A stretch of DNA of 63,136 bases, filler included, from Asterionella formosa (Eukaryota), in assembly GCA_002256025.1 (NCBI GenBank). It is 19 parts of 19 records of this genome, joined end to end, with 100 filler letters (N's around TTAATTAATTAA, not from the genome) between each part and the next. Parts side by side here need not be neighbours in the genome. Positions count along the whole stretch, not along the records: positions 3,823 to 32,651 come from NKIB01001134.1; positions 32,752 to 34,550 come from NKIB01001135.1; 17 more parts are not named here. One strand, 5' to 3'. Within the stretch, counting starts at the first letter, position 1, and the number at the start of each line of letters is the position of its first letter. Below, piece by piece: positions 22,522 through 34,405 of this stretch. The notes beneath the pieces are model-generated. The model was not told the DNA's origin and searched no databases. It saw nothing but the letters and a program-made list of their open reading frames with translations. Position numbers and translations under genes: made by a program.

Positions 22522-24496
22522 TATTCTCAAGCAAGAAATACTGCTATAATCATCGAGGCATCAATTCAATCTAAGCAAACTCTTGCCCCCTCTGCATGGC
22601 AGAAGGAGTTCCATAGTTCTGTTTCTGTTGCTGACATGGACACCATTTCTGCAGGACCAACAACAAGTGATAAAAGGAGGAAATGAGAGAATAACTGCCA
22701 TGAGAATGGTGGGATGAGGGCATTGCATCTGAATGATATAATTGATGGGATGAGGGCCTACATGCACAGCACATTATAGAGAATTAGTACCACACTGATT
22801 CTACATGCATTTTCTAACTAGTCATGAGGAAATTGTACATTTTGGTTAGCTTTAAAAGGTCAATGAAATTTGATTGATGCTATGAGAACTGAATCCCATT
22901 ATTAGCATGTAATTTTCTTACATTCTTAAAATTAGATTGTTCCTAAAACCACAAATACCAAAGTACTTTTTGGTTTTGGTGCAACAAGAAGAATGGGGCC
23001 TTGTCTTGAAAGTATTTCCAGCATGGCTGTTTCCAACAGCAAAATCACTAAGTCTATCTGTCATTCATTTGTGTGTATCAATTGCTGCATCATTACATTT
23101 CTCACATCATTGCATTGTTTGATGGATTCAATAAATTTGATATGGAAGGGTTCCAGAAAGTCCTTCTTGCAGGTTGAGCTGGTCACATGATGTTATCAAG
23201 GTTACTTCTGTTGCTGTTTGGGATTCTGTTCAATGGGACAACACCAACTTGCATAAGCTGTATTTCAGGATTCAACAAACAGTTCCTGGTATGATACCAG
23301 TAGTTCAGTGGTTCTAATGTACATTTATTTACCACCAATAAAGATGCTTCAACCCTCTGAATTGAGCCACCACCAGCCAATTGCAACAACAATTGTAAAA
23401 GGCAGCTAGTATATAGTATGACATGTAGTATTCTTTATTCTTAAAACTGGTACAGTACCAGTATGACAGTAGCATCAGATACTTACTGGTAATCTCATTA
23501 GGGAGGTGACGGAAATACTAAACATATACAAAAATTGTGTACAATTCTAAAATCGACCTTGCATCACATTTTCCAAAAGAGGAATGCAAATGAACGCAAA
23601 GTACACAAAAGTATGCAAAAGAGACCATGAATGTCCGGAGACGAATGCAGAAAGACATTTTATGTCTGTGTTTTTCCAATTCATTTGTCGCCCGGTTTTC
23701 GTGGTCTTTTGAGGTCCTCGTTTGCATCATGCACTTTTTTGTGGTCTTTTGAGAAATTTTGTTATTCGATATCTCTCTGAGTGATACGACTCCAGCTGGT
23801 ACCTGGAACCCCTGGTACGAGGGATAGCAAGAGTAGGAAACAAAGGAGAAATCGGTCTGAATTATAGTATCTTATGTATCAGTCCTTTATAGTGGGCGGA
23901 ATATTTATATATATATATATATCATATTTAGCCATGTATTAGAAGCAATGTTCATATTGCCCGTGGATGTTTAATGCCATGTCAGAGCTCAAACTTGCTG
24001 GAATGAAAATGACGGTCATGCATACTTACTTTTCATGAAGCACGCGATGAATACGTGACAATAATTCCGCAAGATTTTTGGAAATTCTTGCGAGGGCTGT
24101 CACGCATGATTCAAAATGTTGTGGAATGTTCGACGTAGCTACATACCGGTAGCGAGGAATGACGGTGCAATTAGCACACCTTCCAGTCAAAAGCAAGCAA
24201 CAAGCAAACTTGGCAGCAACACACTTCAGCATGTGGCTACCGGGTAGTTTCATGCATTGATCATAATGATGATTCGAAAACAAAGAAACACGAGTAAAAA
24301 TAAGATCCATGCATGTAGTAGCAAATACCGGTATGTAGGAGTATTGTGCAATACATACCGAGGAAAATGTGTTTCATAAGCCACGGCCGATCTACAAAAT
24401 AAATTCTGCTCAGCCAAACGAAAAGACAGATTCGAACTCTCATTACTACAGCAGTTCCGCACCGAAAGATATTCATTGTGCTATCCCATCACGTTG

Positions 24497-25465
24497 ATGA
24501 CCATGACGACTAAAGCCTCCAGCAAGGTGGAGTATGCGATGGTCGATACGGCTGGAGGCATCGACGGATTCATCGATGATGCTGCGGACACCTCGCTGCC
24601 CATTCCAGCTGCCCAGGCCGTTCCCATGATTTCTGTGGTTTCTCCTGCCAATTTGCCGGGCGGGTACTCCTTCCAAGCGGAAGACTCGTCGGGACAGCTA
24701 TTTACCGTCGTTGTGGTGAGTGCTATCTATCGTCATGTGCGGATCCACTCGCAAAAGTCACTGGTTCTCACCCGAACCGAACTTGTTTCCATCTGGCAGC
24801 CCGACGGCGGCGTGGAGGAAGGACAAACCTTCTCTGTTCCCGGGTCGTACCTTCCAGCGGACACGCGGGACAGTATTCCTGTTGGACATTGGAGAGATGA
24901 CTTGTGCAACTGTTGTGTCTACGGACCTTGTCACAATCATTGTTGCCTTGCCTGTTGGTGTGCTCCGTTGGCACTAGCCCAAGTGATGGTCCGCATGCGC
25001 CTCAACATGTTCGCCCGTCGATCCACTAACCCATATACTCCAACCTTTCAACGCATGGTTTTTCTGGTTGCGACGTATTGGACCTTGACTCAAGCAATAA
25101 ACGTAGTCTTTCCTATCTTGGTTGCCACTTCGGGTGGTATCAATGAGCAAGGACAACTTAAACTATCCGCATTTGCTGAAGTGTTGGTTAGTATTCTCCT
25201 TCTGTTGCATACGTGGGGTCCCTTGTTCTTTTGGATCTATTTGATTGTTGCCATTGCTCGGACTCGTTATCATATTCGATCAACTTATGCCATACCAACC
25301 AAATGCTGTGGTGACACTTGTTGTGAAGATGCCGCATGTGCCATTTTCTGTGGACATTGGACTACTATGCAAATGGCTCGCCATACTGCCAATTATGAAA
25401 GACATCCTGCCACTTGTTGTACTGAGAATGGCCTTCCTGATCATATCAAACATTCCACCAACTGA
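24497..25465 (+). CDS. PLAC8-family Cys-rich membrane protein
   Basis: GHWRDDLCNCC, CCLACWCAPLALAQ, TRYHIRSTYAIP, CCEDAACAIFC...QMARHT. Diatom-type VVSPANLPGGYSF / PDGGVEEGQTF N-terminus. Probable 84-nt in-frame intron 24716-24799 (GTGAGT..CAG). Confidence 0.93.
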   Translation: MTMTTKASSKVEYAMVDTAGGIDGFIDDAADTSLPIPAAQAVPMISVVSPANLPGGYSFQAEDSSGQLFTVVVVSAIYRHVRIHSQKSLVLTRTELVSIWQPDGGVEEGQTFSVPGSYLPADTRDSIPVGHWRDDLCNCCVYGPCHNHCCLACWCAPLALAQVMVRMRLNMFARRSTNPYTPTFQRMVFLVATYWTLTQAINVVFPILVATSGGINEQGQLKLSAFAEVLVSILLLLHTWGPLFFWIYLIVAIARTRYHIRSTYAIPTKCCGDTCCEDAACAIFCGHWTTMQMARHTANYERHPATCCTENGLPDHIKHSTN

Positions 25466-25585
25466 AAGTATCAAGGTACAGCACAGTATGACATTAAAAA
25501 AAATTCAGCTTTGTGTAGTTTTTGAGCTCGGCCAGTACCTTTTCAGTTTTGATCCTCTGCTGCTACAAGATATGTTCTATGGGCG

Positions 25586-25778
25586 TGTCAGAATGTGTCT
25601 GTTAGGCTGTTGATGTCGACAGGTGTCCGAAGACTAGGTAGTCTGAGGAATGTCTAAACGGAAATAGACAGGATTTATATAGCAGAAGAATCTGCAGACG
25701 AGCGGCGTGAGAAAGATCTTGACCGGTCATTCCAGGGCAGTACTGGAGCGCGCTAGAGTAGCGCCATATATTTCAACA
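25586..25778 (+). mobile_element. Solo LTR (193 bp) of the TRIM family, with 6-bp target-site duplication
   Basis: TGGGCG|TGTCAG...TTTCAACA|TGGGCG. Near-identical to the LTR at 33857-34053. Confidence 0.9.
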
Positions 25779-26317
25779 TGGGCGTTGGTCTGATTTTACT
25801 TACCGGTAGTTGTGATATCTAGTTCATGTTGCTCCACACCTTGGGGCCTCTACGTACAGGTATACTATGTACTATTATGTACGTACCGGTATACTTTCCA
25901 AGTCCCTCGATCGACAACCTGCTCGAATGCGATGATAATATATGCATAATGAATGATACTTGTGCTTCCATACCGGTAGTTTGTCCAACAAAATACCAGT
26001 GTATATAATAAAGCTACGATACGCACTGCCGGCGGGATCTTGCTTGCGCCCTTGCTTGTTCTTTTCTCGTCTTCTTTTCGTCGCTCGTGTGATTGCCATG
26101 ATCCTTCTTCGTACATTATCGCTCTCGCTATATCATATATATATAACAAAGAAAAAATTCCAACACATTTGATTTTCCGATCATCCTAGAATTTGGAACT
26201 CGGACACCATTGTTATTTTTGATCACACTCCCACACTCTGACACTCTCACACTCTGACACTCTGACACTCTCAACACACACAAGAGAAACGAAGAAGGAG
26301 CAGACGAGAGCACCAAC

Positions 26318-29300
26318 ATGTTTGATGGGAATCATCGCTCACGGAAGGAGGTTGATCTGAGTGGAAGAACTCGACGACGAGCTGTCACAACAAGCAGCAA
26401 CAATAAACAATCCGTGTTGGAACAATCGCGTCGATTGCGCGAAGACAGAAGGCTGCAGCAATTGAAGCATCTTTCCTCCATTTGCATTCAAAAGGTGTGG
26501 CGAGGATTCAGCTCTCGATGGAATATACAGCGGAGACTCATGGCAACAGCAACGGCGACGTCGCCTCTGGACATGAGTATCGTCCTGTCAGATCCCATTC
26601 TCCGCGCTCATGGTGGAATAATTTGCAGTAGTGCCATTCGAGGCAAGCTACTGACCTTGAGATTTTCGGAAATGACGAAGGCATCCGAAGTCACGTTTCA
26701 GCGCATCGTTGCTGCTACTCTGGGAGAATTGAAGCTACTTGCTACCGTCGCAAACAACTACCATGACTCATATTTACTATTGCAGCTACTGCACCAATGC
26801 TTCCAAGGAACTCGTCTAAGCTATTCACTCTACAGACTACTAGTTCTTGCATGGCGTGCATGGGCGGACCATGCACCGGATTCAATCATATCCCTATCAC
26901 TTTGGGAAGCATGCACTACCTTCGTGAACGAACTATCATCGCCCTTGTTGACAGCTTCCATGTTGCTTTTGGTGCATCCTGAAAATTTTCTAACGTGTGC
27001 CAAGGCGGTTATGTTCGATTCAAGTCTTGATTCAATGATGGCCGTGATACACTCGGAAATGGAAAACATGACCAACGATTCACCTGTGAAGGATCTTTTA
27101 ACAGGTGGGGAACTGACTGTCTTGACCAATGCACTCAACTGGTACCTTTCCTTATCACAAGCGAAAAAATATCCACACTCCATTCTGTACTTATTGGAGT
27201 ACATGTTGACACAACGAAACGATTTGACATGGCTACTTGCACTACAAGTCAAGGGAGAAAACATACGCGACTACTTTTATGGCTCACAGGTGACGCCAGT
27301 AGGAGCTACGACGAATGATGATGATTCCATATCTTCCACCGACAGTGGCGATGATGACGTTGAAATGACAGACAGTAACAACAAGAAGCAAAAATCGGCG
27401 AGATTGCCGACTTCGGAAGTACATACAATACCAAAACTGGACCGATTGTATCAAAATTATATCCAGTCTCAACGAAAATCAGTTTTGGTATTGCCAAACG
27501 ACCCGAAATCAATCATCTTCTTGGTGGAAGAATTGACCAAACCAGTGGTATGGTTGGACTTTGGGTCTTGTGCCCTTTCGGAACGAGCTTCAGAGAAAAC
27601 GAGGCTGGTATACGTACGGCTTTTAGCCACCCTCTTGCAAGCCTGCTGCAGTTTCAAAACGAGTACAGCGTGCCCCCTTTTAAGTCAACTTGCCTTTCAT
27701 GAATCCTTATTGAATAACGTATGGAGACATATTTTGGTATTGATGCACAACAGCAATGCAGTCAACAACCGGCCATCCGAGGAATCATCAATAACGCTGG
27801 CACTCACTGTCTTTTGTGATTTATTTGCTCAGCACTTGATTACCCTGTCCGATTCTATTTTTTTAAACACATACACAACACTGAATTACAACCCAGTGAT
27901 TATTGCCGAATACGTAATTACAACTATCCGGAACGTATTGCATGACTTATATTGGCAAAGACCTGTGGTGGCAGATGATATTCCCAGTAATCGTGTTCGA
28001 TTGCTTTTATCAGGAACCAAATTATGGAATTCTCTTTACGAACGATGGTGTCGGTTAGTACGAGTGTCGCCCTTTTGTGAAGAATCAACATGGTGGTTCC
28101 CAAGATTGGCCTCTCGACATGATGACGATGATGCAGTAAAGAGTTCTAGAGTGAATGATGTATCCATGATGCGAGGGATTACAACAAACGACGACGATGC
28201 CTTGGCAGAAACCTTTCGCGATGCAAAAATGGCACGTGTATTAACGAGCATCCCACAAGCACTTCCCTTTGAACGTCGTGTCAACTTATTTCACGCCTTA
28301 TTAGAAGCCGAACACATGACCACTCAAGACGAAACAGCTGACTTTCGACGAGCACTGATACGCATGGCGGAACAAGGAGGAGAAATGTTGGAATTTAATG
28401 GACGCGAACGTATCTCAATTCACCGAGATATGCTTTATGAAGATTCAATGAAACAATTGAATCAATTGGGTCAACGTCTGAAAGGAAGAGTGCAAGTCAC
28501 ATTTATTAATCAACATGGTGCGCAGGAAGCTGGGATTGACGGAGGTGGAGTCTTCAAAGAATTTTTAGATCACTTGATCAAAGAGGCCTTTGATCCAAAT
28601 GCTGAACATGAAATGCATCTATTCACAATAACGCCCTTGCAAACGCTAGCAGTCAACATGGAAACAGTCGACCAAAAGGAAATCCTTACACATTATGAAT
28701 TCTTGGGACGTGTGTTGGGCAAGGCTGTCTATGAATCCATTTTGGTGGAACCACAATTCTGTTTACCCTTTTTGAACCAGCTACTGGGCAAGCAAAACTC
28801 ACTTGAAGACTTGAAAAACCTGGATGAAGAATTCTATTCCAACCTTATGAAGTTGCGGAGCATGTCAGAAACAGATATTAAAAATTTGGGCTTGACCTTT
28901 GAATTACAACTTGGCCCGTCACGATTGATACCACTCCTGCCTGGTGGTGCATCATTAGCTGTCACCAATCTCAATGTCATTCACTACGTTCATCTAGTGG
29001 CGCACTATCGATTGAATGTTGTTACTGCATCTCAAACAAGAGCCTTTCTTCGTGGTTTTCGCGATTTGATCCCAGCCTCATGGGTACGTATGTTTAGTGC
29101 ACATGAACTACAAAAACTTGTCAGTGGCGATGACACTATTCGAGGGATTGATGTTGCTTCACTTAAACAAGCAATGCAATATGCTGGTGGGTATCATCCC
29201 AGTCAAGAAATCATTGGATGGTTTTGGGAAGTTGTTGATGAATTGACCCCAGAACAACAACGCAAATTTCTTAAATTCATGACGTCGTGCTCACGCCAAC

Positions 29301-29515
29301 CATTATTGGGATTCCAGTCATTGGCACCACTGCCCTGCATTCAACAAATTCGATTGCCAGTGTTGAACGATAATGAGGCTGAAAAGCTGGCTCCACTCCC
29401 AACGTCGTCAACATGTATGAATCTACTCAAACTTCCCAATTATCGAAGTAAAGAATTACTTCGTAAGAAATTAATTGATTCGATAGAATCTGGAGCAGGA
29501 TTTGAATTAACCTAA
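26318..29515 (+). CDS. HECT E3 ubiquitin ligase, UBE3B/UBE3C (UPL6/7)-like
   Basis: N-terminal IQ motif IQKVWRGF, IPQALPFERRV, EAGIDGGGVFKEF, FLKFMTSCSRQPLLGF, catalytic LPTSSTCMNLLKLP, terminal GAGFELT. 1065 aa, no intron needed. Confidence 0.97.
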   Translation: MFDGNHRSRKEVDLSGRTRRRAVTTSSNNKQSVLEQSRRLREDRRLQQLKHLSSICIQKVWRGFSSRWNIQRRLMATATATSPLDMSIVLSDPILRAHGGIICSSAIRGKLLTLRFSEMTKASEVTFQRIVAATLGELKLLATVANNYHDSYLLLQLLHQCFQGTRLSYSLYRLLVLAWRAWADHAPDSIISLSLWEACTTFVNELSSPLLTASMLLLVHPENFLTCAKAVMFDSSLDSMMAVIHSEMENMTNDSPVKDLLTGGELTVLTNALNWYLSLSQAKKYPHSILYLLEYMLTQRNDLTWLLALQVKGENIRDYFYGSQVTPVGATTNDDDSISSTDSGDDDVEMTDSNNKKQKSARLPTSEVHTIPKLDRLYQNYIQSQRKSVLVLPNDPKSIIFLVEELTKPVVWLDFGSCALSERASEKTRLVYVRLLATLLQACCSFKTSTACPLLSQLAFHESLLNNVWRHILVLMHNSNAVNNRPSEESSITLALTVFCDLFAQHLITLSDSIFLNTYTTLNYNPVIIAEYVITTIRNVLHDLYWQRPVVADDIPSNRVRLLLSGTKLWNSLYERWCRLVRVSPFCEESTWWFPRLASRHDDDDAVKSSRVNDVSMMRGITTNDDDALAETFRDAKMARVLTSIPQALPFERRVNLFHALLEAEHMTTQDETADFRRALIRMAEQGGEMLEFNGRERISIHRDMLYEDSMKQLNQLGQRLKGRVQVTFINQHGAQEAGIDGGGVFKEFLDHLIKEAFDPNAEHEMHLFTITPLQTLAVNMETVDQKEILTHYEFLGRVLGKAVYESILVEPQFCLPFLNQLLGKQNSLEDLKNLDEEFYSNLMKLRSMSETDIKNLGLTFELQLGPSRLIPLLPGGASLAVTNLNVIHYVHLVAHYRLNVVTASQTRAFLRGFRDLIPASWVRMFSAHELQKLVSGDDTIRGIDVASLKQAMQYAGGYHPSQEIIGWFWEVVDELTPEQQRKFLKFMTSCSRQPLLGFQSLAPLPCIQQIRLPVLNDNEAEKLAPLPTSSTCMNLLKLPNYRSKELLRKKLIDSIESGAGFELT

Positions 29516-29614
29516 AAATTAATGTGGGTCCTTTTGTAGCCCAAGTTGTGTCTTGATGTATGATTATTCTTATTTAAGTGATGGACGATAGTGTAATTTG
29601 GAAAAACGTTTCAT

Positions 29615-31723
29615 TCACACCATACGTCTTTCTGTTTTCGGTTCCGACTCTTCATCATCATCAAGAAATGTTGGAACAGGGTCATCTCGGTATTGCGCAT
29701 TCATTTCCACATCGGAATAAGTGCCCAACCTAGCTTGTCTCCGTCTTACTGCAATCAAGACTGCCAAGAACACCATGACAGCAAAAATAGCTCCAAGCCA
29801 TGAATGCGCAATAACAAATCCCAAGACGGGATTTTCGTCTTGTCCAGGAAGTCCTGAGGGATTTTTCTGACTCGGTTCATTTTGATTCGTTGAGGAATTA
29901 TCTGTCTTGCACTCTGGACATACTGGACAAGCCTTTGGTGCTGGTGAACTACTACTTTCTCGACGGTCCAACTCTTGTCTGCTGGTGTCAAAGGAACCCC
30001 CATACATAAATGTCTTCATCATGTCCAATCCAATATCTGGAAGGTCCATGGGTACCATATGTCCCGCTCCTTTCACCTTGAGGAACACCAAAGGTCCATA
30101 TTCCTTCACATATCCAGACACGCCCATGGCAGGATTTTGCGATGAGGCCGTCCATGAATACCTCGGTGCTTGCATCCAATTGGATCGAGAGTCCCAATTC
30201 AACTCTTCTAACAATACTTCATTTCCTACATGATTGCATATCAAATCCAGCATACCATTGAAAAATAACATCTTTGTTTTTGAATTGAGCAATTGGATAA
30301 CGTCGTCCGTCACTCCAACTCCATCTTGATGAGAAAGTGCATTGTATGGTGGATCCGTACATTCTTGAAAGACTTGCCCAGCTTGTCGCGAGGGGAGGGC
30401 ATTCAATGCAGTCAAAACAGCTTCAACACCAGCGTTCATTGCAGGCAATCCAGGTGCAGTGGCAGCTCCGCCTAAGTACGATTCGACATTTTTATGACCC
30501 GGTGGGAAGGTGCGATCACTACTTTTAGACTCTGGTTTTGAGACATCGTACTGCGAAACCTTGTATTCGGACGAACTTCCGTAGGACTGATCGACAATTT
30601 CATCCAGCAAATTGAAACACACACTGGAACGATAATTCTTTTTCTTGAGTTCTGCTTGACAATTTGCTTCTTGAAGGTCCAATGCCCGCTTGAGTGAGAA
30701 ATCAATAATCCCATGTCCATATGCGGCAGCTGCGGCAGCATATTGATGGTATGGATCGATCCACCCATTTCCAATAGCAGCTCCAGAAAGAGTTATCTGA
30801 ATGGGTGGATTCTTTTGATTTTGAATGTATGCCATCATGCTTGGAATGTAGTGGCCTATGAGTAATAACAATTTTGGTATATAATGTGATGTGAGGATGG
30901 GGTCAGCAGTAGTTTAGCCAGTGTCAAGTACGCAATAAAAAATGAATGGTAGTAACCCCAACATACCTGCATGAGACTCTCCCGAAAAGAATAACTTCCT
31001 TCTCGTCGAAGCATGATCAGTCGTCAAAAACTTGTCGGCGTGGAGTTTCAAGAATTGAATCAACCAATAATAAAAGTCTGAATTGACTTGGTGATCATTT
31101 CCTGGATACGTATTGGAGGTGGTGAAACTCAATCCAGTTCCTACCGGTTGGTCTAAATACACAACGTAGGCAGGCGCCTTATGCCACGATGCTGCACGTC
31201 CGGTCAATTTCCAAGAGCCGCCCTGAGCCTTGAGTTCCAGCGGTCCGTTCTCCAAGAATAGTCCATCCATACTACTGCATCCTGGTCCACCATTGAGCCA
31301 TATCAACAATGGAATGTCCCCTTCAGCTCCGGTATAAGTAGCCGTGTCAGGAGCAAATAGCCAATAGAACAAATACTTGTCGCCCTTGTCATTGGCCGGT
31401 AGGAGTCCTGACCATTGTGTGGCTTCCATGGTGGTGCTGTCAAAGTAGGGCAGCGATGCTGTCTTGACTAGATGCTCATCAGGAGACGCGGGGTTTGGGA
31501 CTTGTAGCAGTCTTCTATTGTTGCCGTTTTCGTTGCTGTTGTGTAGGGGATGCTTCTGCTGCTGCTGCTGCTGTTGCTGCTTCTGTTTCTGCTTCTGCTG
31601 ATCAAGATCAAGATCACGATGATCGTGATAGTTTGGAAGAATCCGTTTCCCCGCCGTCGTAACGACGCAGAAGATGGACTGTGTGAACCAGACTAAGTAC
31701 AGCCATGTCAAGGCTTGAGGCAT
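29615..31723 (-). CDS. KEX1: Serine carboxypeptidase (S10), Kex1-like, type I membrane protein; two exons (31723-30967, 30855-29615)
   Basis: Signal peptide, polyQ propeptide, WLNGGPGCSS, DQPVGTGLS. GESHAG|HYIP is split by a GTATGT..TAG intron (30966-30856). DLICN, AGHMVP, C-terminal TM helix and acidic tail. Confidence 0.93.
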
Positions 31724-32751
31724 GATGAGGATTTCGATACTGATGGAATGTCTCGTTCGTTGTTGAAGAATTATTCACCAGTCAAGCAATGGCTCTGGTA
31801 GAAAATAAATATAATAGTTTCAACGACCACGAGCAATGCATTGCAACAGCATACATAACATACATAGGATTGCCTAAAGCTACCAGGTACCACGACCTGA
31901 CCTGTAGCTACCGGTACCGATAGCGTTGATGACTGGACGAATATACCGTACTACATAGCCCCTGATACCGGTACCTGGTGAGCGATCTTGCGCATCAATA
32001 CAGATGTATATAGGGTTAGTGTTATATCATATATGTATCAGAACTCAATAATGAGAGAACTCGACTAACCCTCATTGTATACTTTGGTGTCGACTTGGAG
32101 AACGAGTTACACACAAGGATTAACAAATAAGCTCATATATTCAACAAATACTACTACTTCTAGTTAGATACTTCACTTTGAATTCAAAAAGAGTCCAATT
32201 AGAATTAATATTGTTGATGTCCTCTCAAGTTCCAGTGGTCCCATTGATGAAGGATAACAACATACTAAACATCAAGATTCAAACTTCTTTGTGTATCCTT
32301 ACAAGCCAGGTCGACATTTGGAGTCTTACAGCAAAGATATGATCAATTGACGCTCAGGGGAAGCTTGTTTATTGATTTCAGTAAATCCTGTGATATGGCT
32401 AACATATATATCTTCAGTCCAGCAGATTCCTTGCTTGTTCATCTACTGCTACAAAAGATGACTCACAGATATCGTCTTGTCTGACTGGATGAGCGTTGCA
32501 ATACACTCAGATGCTCAGTCCCAACATAACAGTCTCAACAAGAAAGTCATAGTGATGTGGCTGGAAGATTACCTTCTTCATGATATCTCTGAGAGTCAAT
32601 AACAGTGGCTGGATGCCATGATATTACTCAATAAAACATTTCAACATGTTTNNNNNNNNNNNNNNNNNNNNNNNNNNNNNNNNNNNNNNNNNNNNTTAAT
32701 TAATTAANNNNNNNNNNNNNNNNNNNNNNNNNNNNNNNNNNNNNNNNNNNN

Positions 32752-33449
32752 CATTGGTCAAAAGTGCAACCCCATTATCAAACGAGTTATTAGACAAAAA
32801 CAAATACAATGGTGTAGAGGGAATTACAAATGTGGGAGCCAACGTTTGATTGTCCGGAACATATGATGTTGGAACTAATCGGTTTGTTGTTCTGAGTAAG
32901 CACAACTGCAAGTACAACAGCTACAATGGCAACAAGACTTGTGAAAGCGCAAGATACCACGATGTTGATCATGCCACGGTGACGTTGGGCCTTCGCTTCA
33001 GCCTCAGTGTCGATGGCCGTCACAGTGGCAGTCATAATAGTGGCAGGCATAAAGGTTTCAATTTCATCAACAAGAGAGGCATTCACTGTCTCCTGTTGGC
33101 CTCCCTCTGTGCCAGGAATGGCAAGTGGTTGTTGACTGATTCCATGGGACTCCTCTACATTCCATTCATTGTTTGTATCTTCAGCACTAGGACTTGCACG
33201 ATCTCTAGCTCCCACCGCAACTGCTCCAGGAAGTGTTTGTGGAGGTGCTGGTCCTTCGTCATGCTCCACCGCCACCTTGGAAGAATCCTGGTACGAAAAT
33301 TTAGTCCCTCGCCCAGCCTTGTGGTCAACATGTTCCTTCTCATCAAACACTTGTCCATGAGAAGAGTCAGAGTCCCGTGCTCGTTCTTCCTCCTTTGCTT
33401 CGTCAGCAAAAGGCAAGGTGGCATCAATACTCTTCTTTTTTGCAGTTAG
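32752..33449 (-). pseudogene. 5' part of a diatom-type single-pass receptor-like (PGAxAV, probably LRR) gene with an apparent frameshift
   Basis: Disordered N-terminus with PGAVAV, then a TM helix (IVVSCAFTSLVAIVAVVLAVVLT). The expected ectodomain start (TLAPT...LFLSNNSFDNGVALL) is in another frame (32696-32917). Cut by the contig edge. Confidence 0.6.
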
Positions 33450-33856
33450 AGAAGGTTTTACTGCACTTACGTGATCACAAGACCACTATGAACTGCTTAG
33501 ACCACTATAAAGGGGTAATCTTACATTTTGTACTACAAACTTTTTCAATTTTAGCAATACGACAATATTTACTATGAACAAGTCATTTGTTTCACGCATC
33601 TACATATAGGATGTCTTAACGCCCGATCGATGTTGTGTTCCAGTTAGTGAGATACCGGTAAACGACTTCGAAAATGTTGAGTGAGGCACATCGGAATAAA
33701 ATAAAATTACCTCGTTTAGCTGGGCCGACATTTTATATTCATATCCGATATTTCATAATGTTTTATACTCCAAATTAATATAGCTTCCTTTAACGCTTTT
33801 CTTCAGGTGGGTTATAATTACGGCGCGACTGGGTGCGACATCCCAATGTAAACATG

Positions 33857-34405
33857 TGTCAGAGTGTGTCTGTTAGGCTGTTGATGTCGACAGGTGTCCG
33901 AAGACTAGGTAGTCTGAGGAATGTCTAAACGGGAATAGACAGGATTTATATAGCAGAAGAATCTGCAGACGAGAGGCGTGAGAATGATCTTGACCGGTCA
34001 TTCCAGGGCAGTACTGGAGCGCGCTAGTAGAGTAAGCGCCATATATTTCAACATGGTAGCGCTCGTTAGTACAAGTGGTACGAGGACATACGTGAAAACC
34101 AGAGGTCGACAGTTCGAGTCCTCAGCAAGAACAGAAAGAGAAAAAAAGAGAAAAGAAAAAGAAAAACAGAGACGAAGAAAACGAGAGGGCACTATGAGAA
34201 TTCCTGTAGGAAAGGATGTGTCAAGCATACACATTATTAGGATGATGTGGTATGTCGAGCATCAACAGGGGAGGGTGTCTGAGTGTGTCTGTTAGGCTGT
34301 TGATGTCGACAGGTGTCCGAAGACTAGGTAGTCTGAGGAATGTCTAAACAGGAATAGACAGGATTTATATAGCAGAAGAATCTGCAGACGAGAGGCGTGA
34401 GAAAG
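33857..34405 (+). mobile_element. TRIM: non-autonomous miniature LTR retrotransposon
   Basis: 5' LTR 33857-34053 (TG...CA). PBS TGGTAGCGCTCG at 34054. 222-bp internal region. PPT AGGGGAGGG at 34267-34275. 3' LTR starts at 34276 and is truncated near 34405. Confidence 0.9.

Noticed and set aside
22560..23400. Possible degenerate transposase
   Set aside because: No motif I could assign with confidence.
26230..26282. CACTCTGA repeats before the HECT gene; polyQ (31555-31600) and ACA (22173-22197) tracts
   Set aside because: Ordinary microsatellite-like low complexity.
32020..32651. Possible LTR and copia remnant upstream of the carboxypeptidase
   Set aside because: Only weak PPT- and LTR-like hints; no readable protein motif.
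34054..34130. tRNA gene
   Set aside because: I could not fold a cloverleaf; it is the PBS and internal region of the TRIM.
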